Below are positions 37,701 through 51,000 of a stretch of DNA of 64,000 nt, in pieces. Origin of the DNA: Carcharhinus amblyrhynchos (taxonomy: Eukaryota). Made by a program: the position numbers and the translations under genes. The stretch spans positions 8,618,001 to 8,682,000 of the forward strand of contig OZ336903.1 in NCBI GenBank assembly GCA_965287045.1, written 5' to 3'. How positions within the stretch are numbered: the stretch's first letter is position 1; each line of letters opens with the position of its first letter. The notes below the pieces were generated by a model, which saw only the letters and a program-made list of their open reading frames with translations, did not search any database and was not told where the DNA came from.

Positions 37701-40700
37701 GTAGGATCCTGTAGAGTGTCAGTCAAAATGAATCCCAGCAGACCGTTCCTGACGGGCCACATGGAGAGTTCAACTGGATTGGAGCTAGGCAGAAATTTGA
37801 CTGACCTCTGCAGTGGTCACATCAGTTTGGAGGTGCTACTGAGCAGGCCATGGTTTCCAAGGGAGAAGTGACCTGCAGATCAACAGTGCATTGTTTGTCG
37901 GACTGTGTGTGAAATATTTGTGTTTGGATGGAGAATTACTGGAGAATGCAGCAAGTCTCTGAAGAGCATGGCACAGAATCTGGTGAAAAGTGTTGGCGAC
38001 GAGACATGAGGCTTATGATAATGAGAGAGAAAAACAGCTACATAGCAGATAAAAGAATATTTAAGAAAGAGTTCATTTAAACTTTCATTTCCATTATTAA
38101 AACGAGTGAGTATTTCTGAAGTCACAGATAAATTGGGTAGTGAAAGATTTTGATTTGATTTATTATTGACACATGTATCAGTATACAGTGAAAAGAATTG
38201 CTCCTAGCGCACTCTGTGGATTCTGTAATTAGTTTCACAGGTACCAATGCGAATGAGAATTGCAAAAAGGGGTCCAGAATTTTTTCCGTTACTTCAACTG
38301 ACGTCCTTTGGAAAGGAATGATAAACAGCAGCCCAAGTGCCCCAGGGGTCGGTGCTGGGGCCTCACCTATTTACCATTTATATAGATGATCTGGAGGAGG
38401 GAACCGGGTGCAGGGTGTCGAGATTTGCTGATGACACCAAGATTGGGGGAACGGCAAATTGTGCGGAGGGTGTGGAGAGTCTGCAAAAGGATCTAGATAG
38501 GCTGGGCGAATGGGCCAGGAACTGGCAAATGGAATTTAATGTTGGCAAGTGTGAGGTGGTCCACTTTGGTAGGAAGAATGGTAGGAAGGACTATTACTTA
38601 CGGGGCGAAAAACTGCAGCAGGCGACGGTGCAGAGGGACCTCGGGGTCCTTGTGCATGAGTCGCAAAAACCCAGCTTGCAGGTGCAGCAGGTGGTCAGGA
38701 AGGCGAATGGGATGCTGGCCTTCATAGCGAGGGGGATTGAATATAAAAGTAGGGAGGTCTTGCTGCAGCTGTATAGGGCATAGGTGAGGCCGCAGCTGGA
38801 GTACTGTGTGCAGTTTTGGGCGCCGCACCTGCGCAATGATATTTTGGCCTTCGAGGGAGTGCAGAGGAGGTTTACTCGGCTGATACCGGAGTTGAGGGGG
38901 TTGAGCTATGAGGAGAGGCTGAATAAACTAAGCTTGTACTCGTGAGAGTTTAGAAGAATGAGGGGAGATCTCATTGAGACGTAGAAGATGATGAATGGGA
39001 TGGATAGGATAGAGGTGGAGAGACTCTTCCCGCTCAAAAAAGACAGTAGGACTAGGGGGCACAACCTCAAGATAAAGGAGGAGCGGTTTAGAACGGAGTT
39101 GAGGAGGAACTTCTTCACTCAAAGGGTGGTGAATCTCTGGAATTCTCTGCCCGTTGAAGTGGTGGAGGCTGCCTCGCTAAATATTTTTAAGAAGCGGGTT
39201 GATGGGTTTTTGATAAGAGAGGGGATTAAGGGTTATGGGGAGAGGGCGGGAAAGCGGAACTGAGCCACGACAGATCAGCCATGATCTTATTGAATGGCGG
39301 GGCAGGCTCGAGGGGATAGATGGCCGACTCCTGCTCCTATTTCTTATGTTCTTATGTTCTCATAATATCAGTATTTCAATGTTAGTTGGACGGTAAGATT
39401 GGAGGCTCACCTTTTCTTTTGAACTTTCTGAGTATTACCGCCAGCAGTGTGATCAGTTCCAAGATTGCCAGCACTCCGAGGATCATGCAAACGACCAGGG
39501 GTATGGGAATGGCATCTGCTCGTCATAATAAGATGACAGAAACATTTAACAGAGACACACTGCCCCCTTGCACCCTTTCAATGTTGCCATCAATCAGAAA
39601 CCACCCCTTAGTCAGAAATTAGCAGAAGTGGATCATTGTAAATAATACCAATACCATTGGGAAGAATTGTAACATCAGCACGAATTCTAATGACGTATTA
39701 TAGACTAAGTACCTGAAGATGTGGCCTCAGAAGAATTCGGTGACAAATGGAGCCCTGTGGGATATATTGGACAAACGTTAATGAACTTCAAATGTTGGTG
39801 ATTTACTTTAAAAGCCAAATGAGTTTCCTAATTTTTGGAAATTGGTCATGTCCACACATCGAGCGGTCCTTACCGGAACAAATCACCCTGGCATCTTCCT
39901 TGTGATCACAGTCAGATTGGGCTGCTGATGCGGAGGGACAGTCGGACAGAAACGATTCAAATCCGGTGCATTTCACCTCACCCAGCCAGATATCACCGCC
40001 GTTACCCTGGGGCAGAGGGGACCCTCCTTGGGCCAACAGAGCGGAGCCGCAAGCCAACTGCCTGCACACAACATTCGCATCGGCCAGATCCCAGGAATCA
40101 TCACAAATCGTGCCCCAACGGTTATTGTACAATATCTCCACTGTCCCAGAGCAGTTAGTATCTCCTCCCACCAGGCGCAAACGCTGCCCTAAATCCGTCC
40201 AAAAGAATTAGTTATTACAATTGATCTACCAGGAACAGGGAACATATCAGATATTCAATATAGCAGCATTTACCTGATTCTTCACTGCCTTTCATTGAAC
40301 TGTGGGGCTGTTCCTTCGTCCCCGACGTCCCTGTTAAGAACATACATTTGCTGAGTGCATTGGATAGCAATGTTTGCAATGACAGCAGTACATTGAGGGG
40401 TTTGGTGTGTGTTACCTGAACAAACGACACCCGCATCATCATGGTGGCTGCAGTCTTTGTCACCCTGCGAGTCTGACCCACACTGCCAAATGGTCGCCTC
40501 GAATGAAGTACACCCCAGCTCACTGAGTCGGACAGGTCCAGATCCCTCTCCGAACTTCCCAGCATCATAGTGTATTGATTCGACGCTGCCGCACTCCAAC
40601 TGTTTACAGATCACTTTAGCATCATCTGCACGCAGTATGTCCGAACACACTGTGCCCCAGCTGCCATTATAGAAGATTTCCACTCTCCCCTCGCAGCGGT

Positions 40701-43700
40701 GATCTCCGTTCTCCAGTCTTAATTCCCTGTGCTCTGTCAAAGAAGTAAGAAATATCCAGATTTATATCTTCACAAAAAAAGGTAAAGCCGCCATAATGCG
40801 GGATTACCGCAGTTGGTTTAAACTGAGGATCTCCAGACCTCAGGGTCAGGGCGATATTCATGAATAGCCTCAGCTATTACGGGGATTGACCCTGCGCTGT
40901 TGACATTGCTCTCTATCACAAGCCGGTTGTCCAGCCAACTGGGCGTACATAGAGTCCTGGATATGCCCACTGATTTGTGATAATTGTTTCAGAAACGTAA
41001 CAGAAAACAACTAGACCCAGAAATCAACACAGATTTCTCATGGAATGTCATACTTTGGAAATTTGGTGCATTCGTTTCAGGAGTTGCAGAAAGATACATC
41101 TGAAATGTACGTAGATTTTCGAAAGTGGTCAAGAGGACTGGTGAGGTAGACGCCCTAATGACTTGGAAAGTGGGAGACTCGATCCTTGGGATCAGAAATA
41201 TACAATCATTTAAGACAGTGGAACCCGCATTTCTTTTCCCAGAGATTGGTGAGATGGTGGAACTCAGACCAATTACAATCGTTGAGTGGAACAGTACCAA
41301 TGTCTTCAAGGGGAAACTAGATGAGTGCAGGAGGGAAAGGAAAGTCAGCACAGGCAGACAGATTTGAATGGAGTATTGCAGGATGATTCTCGTGTTCAGT
41401 ACAAGTACCACACAGACTAGTTGAGTGGAAAGGCCGGATTCCGTGCCCTGGTTTCTGTTTAATTCAGTGTAATATCATCCCTGTGAAGCCTCAGGAATTC
41501 CGCACATCCTTACCTGAGCACATGATGCTCACATCTTCCTTGTGGCTACAGTCGTGGATACCCCATGATGCTGAGGGACATTCCCAGAGAAATGACTCGT
41601 TCCCGGAACACTTTAGATCATCCAACCAAATTGGGCCTGAGCCCGGTTCAGGAAGTGACATTTCCAACGCAGTTCCGCAGCCCAACTGTTTGCAAACCAC
41701 GTTAGCGTCAGTTAAATCCCAGGAATCATCACAAACTGAGCCCCAACTCTGATTGTAATAAATCTCCACACGGCCAGCGCACGGGCTTTCACCGCCAGAC
41801 AGTCTTATCTGCATGTGTTCTGTTGGACATAATACAGGCGAGTTATATTTCGAATAGATTTTCAGCTCATCACTTTCTTCCCATTCAATACTCTGAAGGA
41901 GAACGGAAATCTGCATTTATACCGTGTCTGTGATATATTAATGAATCAATATGTCAAAGCCTCTACTTCTACAACGAAGACACAGTGCGTGAATGTTTCA
42001 CATATTCCAACATCTGACGACATGGTTTCTGGATTCCACTCCCCCCATGTTTGTGCTGAATGCTGGGCACATTGTGTGCTGCCTTTTGACTTTTCCCGAT
42101 TTAATCTTCTATTCATCCTATTGGAACTGTTTTAATTTCTAGTATATTTACGTGTGTCCCTGCTCTTGCATGGGACATCAGTCTACACATACAACAAACA
42201 CATCTGTCTCGAGTTACATACTACCCAATGGAGCTTCGACAGTTGCAGTCTCAGAAAGGCGGTTTCAGTTTACATGCTGCGCAACAACACTTGCAATAGG
42301 AGAGACCACATACTCCAAAACACTGCTGCCTAATCGGCAGCGAGGCCCACTCCGCAACACCTCAGTGCTCGCTGATCGACATTGTTTGCCCTTCTGTCAA
42401 TTCATGCGGTTTGGAAATATCATCAAGTTCAGCGGCATTAATATTCCAGGCCCCATCCTCGCACGGCCATCCTCTGGGGATAAACAGCACCAGTTCCAAC
42501 ATTTGCAAGCTTCCACTTTTCCAATTTCTGGTATTTCCTACATCAGCCCGGCCATATCTTTCGTTTCCAAAAGAGAAAATATTGGAAAATTTTGGCAGGC
42601 CAAGCAGCAGTTGTAAGGAAAAGCTTTGACACAGGATCATCTGGAAACGAAACGTCATCTCTTTTCTCTCCTCACAGATGCTGCCAGACCTGCTGAGATT
42701 TTCCAGCATTTTCTCTTTTGGTTTCAGGTTACGACATCTGCAGTAATTTGCTTTTATCCGTACCTTTAGTTGCCCTGCAGCTAAGAATGGAAATGCCTCA
42801 CTAAACATCTGATCACCTATGTTTAATTTTCTGCTGCCCCTATGAGGAAGTTTCAATCATATGTTTTCTACTCCTTGTTGTTTCCGTTTTCTTTCATTGC
42901 ACGCCGACTCAGTTCTTTTTTACTTTTGCCTTTTTAAACATTGCTATAAAATTTTAAAACCCCACTCTTGTTTTCATCTGTCTTTGTCCTTTGGTTTTGA
43001 ATTGAACCGGGGTTCAATTCCCGGCTTGGGTCGCTGTCTGTGTGGAGTCTGCACGTTCTCCTCGTGTCTGCGTGGGTTTCTTCCCACAGTCTGAAAGACG
43101 TGCTCGTTCGGGGCATTGATCCGAACAGGCGCCGTTGTGTGGCGACTCGGGGAATTTCACAGCAACTTCATTGCAGTGTTGATGTAAATCTTCCTTGTGA
43201 CTAATAAGCAAATTATCATACATAAATAAACATCTTAAAAAGGAAACTCATATTTCTTAATATACTGAAATACTGAGGATCAACTCCAAAATACCAGCAA
43301 ATTAGAAACTTTCTGACTTGGCTCTGGAAAAGAGAACAACTTTTTTGTCACCTGAACACACAACTCCTACGACCGTGTTGTCACTGAGAGATGAATTGAA
43401 TGGCAATGAGCTGCAGTTCCGGAGCTGCGCTTCATTTCCATTACACTGGATAGCAGTTATCCAAACTGATCTCACACTCTCTTCTCTCATTGAAGAACTG
43501 TAAGCGCCTATCCCGTTACCGCAGTCCAGCTGTCTGCAGACGACGTGAGCATCGTTCAGGTCCCAGAGGTTGTCCTGCACTCTGCCCCACGTTCCATTGT
43601 AGTAAATCTCCACTCGCCCATCACACCGGCTTTCTCCGTCAGTCAATCTTAGCAACCAATTTTCATCTACAAAGTGAAGAACATTGAGACGACGATTAAA

Positions 43701-46700
43701 CTTAAGCCACAGTATCCTATTTCCTGCATCTTAAAATGCCGACACACTGAGGGCGATTTCCTCCCCAATGATCCTGCTCATCCTGGAAAATAGTGTGCAG
43801 GCCTAAAATTCAATGCCCGGTGGGAAAGAGTTTGCAATCTTTCCGGTGCCTTTCTATCTGCATAAATCGGATCATGCCCAAGGAGAAGCGCAAGGCTGAT
43901 CTGCAAGAAATTCATTTCAATCTTCTTTGTGTCTCTAGCATGTAATTGTCCCCAGTCCTGCAATGTTCCCATCTCTCTGGCGGGAGGTCACACGGGGTGT
44001 GAATCACTGTTTGTCTTAACGAGCAGAGACCTGGTGCAATGATGATGCTCAGAGGCACAACGGCCATTGAAGACCCGGGGGCTCGAGGTCATGGCCGCCA
44101 TTGTCCATCAGGCAGAGTATCCTTGGCACACTGGCAGTGCCCAATCGGCACAATGGCATTGGCAACTGGACATGCCGGCAGTGGCCATTGAACAACCCCC
44201 GCAGTGCCATCTAGGCACCACCAGTGTGCCAGGGGCAGTGCCAACGGGCTATGGCGAGGGCGGGGGTAGGGGGGATGCTATGCAAGGCGGCTATGATGTT
44301 GGGGGGTGGGGTGGAGATGCCATGAAGGAGGGAACATGAAGAATGTCATGACTATGGGGGGTTCATGTCGCAGGTCATGATGGGCTACATATGTTTTTGA
44401 TAGGCAAGGGGATTAAGGGTTATGGGGAGAGGGCGGGAAAGTGGAACTGAACCACGACAGATCAGCCATGATCTTATTGAATGGCGGGGCAGGCTCGAAG
44501 GGCGAGATGGCCTACTCCTGCTCCTATTTCTTATGTTCTTATGTTCTATAAAGCATCATGGTGGGGGAACCCACCTGGAATGTTTCAATGCCCTGATGCC
44601 AGTGGCCCATGTTTGGGAATGGGGTCGGGGAACATGCCGCCAATGAAGAGGGAATTAATGTCCATGGCGGGGAAGCGGCGAGGGGGCTCCCCCAGTGCAC
44701 TGTGAGATCAGCCACCATTACAAATTGGGCGCAAGCTCTCTGAAACTGGGATCGCCAGCTTGTTCAAACCCGTTCTTCGAACCAGGGCACGACTCATCAT
44801 TGTCCATTAAACTGAATGAGTGCTGCATGATTCCTGTGTGCACTGAGCCTGAGAGACTGGTGTGGATCTCTCTGCTATTCTGGCTATGACAACACTTTGC
44901 TTTTTTTTTCGGGGGGGGGTGGTGGTGGAAAATACGCCCCTTATTTGGAAACTGTGCCCCCTCTGATACAAATCAGAGGTGTGATGGAAGGTCCCATGTT
45001 TGAATGGATGCATCTTCAATATCCATAATAAATTTGATTCCACTCAGGATCAAGAAATCCACTTGAAAGCCATCCTTTAAACATTGAATCACTCTCTCAC
45101 TGATACAGTGTCGAGGTAACACATACACTCTATGAGATGTGGTGTAACAGCTCGCTCAGATCTCTTCGAAAGCATCTGACAGAGGGACGAGGGGAATGGG
45201 AATGCCATTTCCAATTTCCCAGGAATTCCAAATCATCCCAATGCATTGTTGTTCGTTCATCATTGAAGGATCAAAATTGACCAATTCCCCTCGGAAGAGC
45301 ACTGTGGATGGACAACAACCACATGGACTGCAGCCATTTAATGAGGTGGCTAACCACTGCACATTGAAGAGAAACTGGGGTCTCAAGAAAACGTTTTCTT
45401 GCCAGCCCCATCCATATCCGGGAACTGGTGTTACATAGTCCCCATTGTGCAGTTTCAACCTGTCTCTGAATTCTGACTTTTTTTTGTATTCAGTCAGATA
45501 GGGAAAATCACCATAAGATCAGATATTAATTTGTTAACAATGTGCCACAATAAATACATTTCTTTCAGTACTAAATAGAATGAGAATCATTCGCAGCCAA
45601 ACGCAACCCAGACAAGATTAACCATACCGTCATAGAATTATAGAATTTTATAGCACAGAAAATGGCCAATCGGCCCACTGGCTCCCGAAAGAGCTACCTG
45701 TCTACTCCTATTCTCCAACCCTCTCCCTGTGGTGCTCCAAATTAATTATTGTCAAATATGTATCCAGCCTCGTTCGATTCCTATGGGACCCACCTCGCAC
45801 AGTCTCCAAGGCAGCACATTTGAAATCGCAGCAACTGAGGAAACTGGTTTGTCCTCATCTCACTCCTAACTCTCTTGCTCACCATGTTGAGACTGCGTCT
45901 ATCCACCCACCACGCCCACGACTCCGACCCCGCACCGCACCCCCCACCCCCACCCCGCCACTCCCGTCCAGTAGCTGACATACCAGCTAGTGGAGATAAA
46001 ATAGGCTTCTTTGCCCTGTCAACTGAGTTTATATTTTAGACACCTCAATATGGTCACCTTTTATACTGTTCCAAAGGGAATAAGCCCAACTTCATCAGTC
46101 TTTCCTTGTGTATAATATGCCTAATATCGTTCTCGTAAATCTTCTTCTCACTCTTTCTAGGGCTTAAACTTTCTTCCTTAAATAAGGCTCCCAGAACTGA
46201 ACACAATATTCCAATTTGCTCTGATTTGTCGAGGTTTAGCATCATTTTCTTGTTTTTATATTATATGCCTCTATTAACAACCCCAAGGATGCGAAATGTC
46301 TTCTTTCATCTTTCAACTTGCCTGGGCATTTTCAGAGAATTATGCATTTGAACCCCGAGGTTCTTTGCTCCTGTACTCCCCTTAAAGTTGTAACAGAAAG
46401 CCAGTTTTGTCTCCCCTCGTTTCTTCAACCAAAATATATTTGCTCACATTTCACTGCATTGAAATTCAACTGCCTGGTATCTGACCATTTGGCCAACTTA
46501 TCAATGTCGATCTGAAGGAGCCCAGCATCATTCCGACAATTCATTATTTTCCCTAGCTTGGCATCATTTGCAAATTTAGAGAACTTTCCCTCAACACTCA
46601 TCTCTAAACCATTTATACAAATCAGTAAAATGAAGGGTCCCAATACCAATCCCTGGGAACACCAATTTCAGTGTGTCTCCAGTCTGAGACTGCTCATCTA

Positions 46701-48010
46701 CACCTACCCTCTGTTGCAAATCTCTTGGCTAACTTCGAATCCATCCTGCCCAGTATATATCAATTCCAAACATATCTAATTTGCTAACCAGCCTGCCATG
46801 TGGCCCCGTAATAAATGTTTTCTGAAAACCCAAATAAGATAGAAGGCTATATCAAAAGCTGGTGTACTCTAATAAATAAACTTTTAGGACTCACCCGAGC
46901 AGATGACACTGACAGCATTTTCATGTGAGCAGCTAAACTGTTCCATGAATGAAACAGAACAATCCCAGAGGCTGAACTCGCTACCCCGGCATTTGTAGTT
47001 CTTTTTCCACAATGGGCCGGTTCCCTTTCCGAAGTGAGATCCTCCCGGTATCGCAATTGCCGCTCCGCAGCGAAGGTACTCACAGACCACATTAGCTTCT
47101 TTGAAACCAAAGTAATTATCACACAACGTCCCCCACTGCACTCCCTCTTGTACTTCAAGCCGTCCGGAACATCGGTCATCCCCAGATACCAGTCTGAGAT
47201 CTTTGTGGTCTGAATAATTATAATCACAACAATGAGAATATTAAATATTGCCAATAGTGTCTACAATTTCTATAGCTGAACTGAAAATAAAACTGATTCA
47301 CCATTGATCTCTTTACAGCTTAAAAGAAACATCAGCATTTATGCTCACAATCATACTTTCCAAATGAACACAATGAAAGAAATTGTTGGAGAAGCTCTCA
47401 TCATTAAAAACTTATGCTGTGACGATCATACCAAAGTCAACAATACCTGAACACGAAACCACTGGCAAATTATTTTCCACTTCAACTAGAAATTACAATT
47501 TAAATAGCTGACACATCACAGATTTCAGAGGCAATACTTTGAGCACATTGTTTTCTCAGAAGCTATCTTCCTTCACGCAAGAACAGCAAATTTCCTGCTG
47601 CCATCAGACTTTTGAAAGTTCCAATCGTGTATTAAGGTAATCTTTCTCTACACCCTAGTTATGACTGTTTTACGACATTCTGCACCCTTTCTTTTCCTTT
47701 TCTCCTATGTACTTTATGAATGGCATGTTTTGTCTCTGCATCACTCAAAAAAAATGCTTTCTACTTTATCCCAATACATGCGATAACCATAAATCAATTC
47801 AGTTCAATGAATTTCAACTACTCTTCCTTGAACAGGATCTGATCTTCAAGCAGCTTACACCAACCGAGCTCTGCAGATATAATTGTCATCAACAACGTAA
47901 ACTTCGGAAGAATCTCTGCACACTGGTCCTTTCCCACAGGCACAATAGTTGGAACATTCAAGAACACTTTCGTTCATGGTATGTTTAATTCTCTGTCAAA
48001 GCACACACAG

Positions 48011-48044
<34 letters not shown>

Positions 48045-51000
48045 ACCAAGTGTCCCTGCCTCCGTTGTGACAACAGGCTGAAATGTAATCTCCCATTTAG
48101 CTCTCTTTTCCCATGGGAAACTACCAGCTGTCTCAGAAAATAGATTTCACAGCCTGTAAGTCCAATTGAACCTGTCCCGAAAGCATAAGTTGTTCACTTT
48201 TTCCGCTGGAGGGAGTCTCAAAAACTTGACACAGCCTCTGAAGCCACTTCACCACAATGATTTGGAGTGATGCCCATTGAAAATCTGCTGTCACCCAGGG
48301 TACCCTCACTGCCTTCCTCTCCCCAGCCCAACGTCCTCAATTGGAAATTTGTGCAAAATCCCCATTCCAAAAGGATCCACAAGAATCCACTCCGTTTCTC
48401 TCCACCTTTGGCGGGTGGTCAGAATTTCAATCCCTATCAGTGTTGAGTCAGTTAGTTGAAGGCAGTGTGATATTTACGGCAGCACAATTGGCGGTGAGCA
48501 GAAGGAGGAGGGAGAAAGGTTCAGCAAGGTCTCTGTACCAACAATCAGGGACGCTTGTCCAGATGAACACGCGTAGAACACGGTGCCGTCAACTACATTT
48601 GCTAATACCCCCTGAATAACGCTTCCTCTTGATCAAGATGAAAACCTATCTCATCTATTTCTATTTGTCTAGACACATTTGCGGATGAAACTGGTTTGTT
48701 CGTGTAATTTTTGAGTTTGTACCTGAACAGATAACTCCAGCGACCTGCTGATGTCCACAGTCAGGCGGTCCGATTACAGGCCCCAATCCTTCTCCAAAGT
48801 GAGAATTCAGTGGCGCTGCTACCGCAGAGCCACAGTGCAACTGCTTACAGATATGTTCTGCGTCATTCAACGACCAGGAGGAGTTATCACGGCAAAGTGT
48901 GGCCCAGGTTCCACTCCAATATAGCTCGACTCTTCCTGCACAGGGACTGCTTCCATTCACCAGTCTGGCCTTCGCACTTCCTAAGAATTATATTTCAAGA
49001 GGTGGTGAGGATATAAAGTGCTTTATATCTAATAAAATGTTTAGGAGATTTTCTATCATCTCATCAATCATATCATTTCCCAGGCAGGTGACGCTGTGCC
49101 TCCTGATTTTTTTAAAGTCTATTTGTTGTGACACAAGTAGGTTTAAATTAACTCTGCAATGAGGTTACTGTGAAAATCCGTTCGTCGGCATACTCAGGCG
49201 CCTGTTCGGGAATGCTGAGGAAGAATTTAGCACAGCCAATACACCTAACCAGTGCATCTTTCAGACTGTGGGAGAAACTGGAGCACCCGGAGGAAACCCA
49301 CGCAGACACAGAGAGAGCATGGAGATTCCACATATGCAGTGACCCAAGCGCAGGTCCCTCTTGCTGTGAGGCAGTTTGCTAGACACTGTGCCAGCATGCC
49401 ACGTTTATCTGGTCAGATACATTTTAAACGTTTTGGTCAAAATAGTCCAATTTATCTTTTGAGTTTGATTTGAAAATCTAGTTACTACAACACAGTACTG
49501 TTGTACTAAAAAGTACTATTATACGAAGAAGGATCGCAGAAGCCTCCAGTGCAGAAGGAAGCCATTTGGCTCATCGAGTCTGCACCAACCACAATACCAT
49601 CCAGGCCCTCTCTCCACAGCCCCATGTATTTACCCGAGCTGCTTCTCTGACATGAAAGGGCAATTTTGCATAGCGAATCCAAATAACCGGCACATTTTTG
49701 GACTATGGGAGGAAACCGCAACACGTGGAGGAAACCCATCCAGAGGTGGAAGAATGTGGAAACTCGACACAGAAGTGACCAAAACCGGGAATCGAACCCA
49801 GTTCCCTGGCGCTGTGAGGCAGCAGTGCTCACCACTGGGTCACTGTGACCTGGATGAATGTAATGAGCTGGAATTAAAATATCACACACAATGACATCTG
49901 TTTCCTGTGGAAAGTTTAGGCGTTTAACTTAAGCACAGAGATGGAAAACAAATGATCAACTGCTCATGGGGCACAAAGTCATCAGTTTCTGAAAACTCAG
50001 TGGCAATATGGTGAAAGAGCTGAGGAAACTCACATGGAAGCAACGAGACATTATTTCAGTCCTTAATGTCTGTTTTTTTTTATTCATTGGAAATGGGAGT
50101 CGCTGACTTGCCAGCATTTATTGCCCATCATTAGTTACCCGAGAGCAGTTTAGAGCCAACCATATTGCTGTGGTTCTGGAGTCCATGTCGGCCAGACCAG
50201 GTGAAAACGGCAGATTTAGTTCCGGAAGGCAGATCAGTCAACCGGATGGGTTTTCCGGACAATCAACAATAGTTTCATGGTCGCCAGTAGATTCTTAATT
50301 CCAGATATCTATTTTTATTGAATTCAAATTCCACCATCTGGCGTGGCGGGATACAATCCGGGATCCCCAGAACATTAGCTGAGTTTCTGAATAGTCTAGT
50401 GATGATACAATTGGGTCAATGCAGCCTCACTCGCATGTCGTCACTTAGAGGCAGAATTGTTCTAGAATTGTGCGTTGGAAAATGAACATCCATTTACAAG
50501 ACTTAAACCTAACATTTTTAACAGATTTCCAAGAGATTGACAGCAAAACCTGACAAACAGAAAATTGTGCAAAATGACTGAATTAATTAAAATGACTTGA
50601 TCAGTTGTGATGGTGACCAGTAGAAAACTATGGGTCAGATTCCAGGAATTTCCAGAGGATTGTGTGTATTTATTAAACAATTTACTCGTCTGGTCTGCTT
50701 TACTATAAAAATGTCTCGGCACAGACAGTGGCCCAAGCCGAGAATCAAACTCTGGTCCCCGGCGCTGTGAGGCAGCAGCGCTAAAGGCTGCACCATCGTC
50801 CCGTCCCCAATAACCCATGATTATTTTACCTCCGCCTTTTCAGGAAACTGGCGGGAAATGAGAGACTGGAGTAGGATTTTTACCTGAGCAGACGGCACCG
50901 GCAGCTTTGGAGTCTGAATTTGGAGTATAGTCAATCCAAGTGCAATCCCACAAGGAGGACTCGTGCCCGCCGCACTCCGTACTCCAAGGAAGAATTGGTA

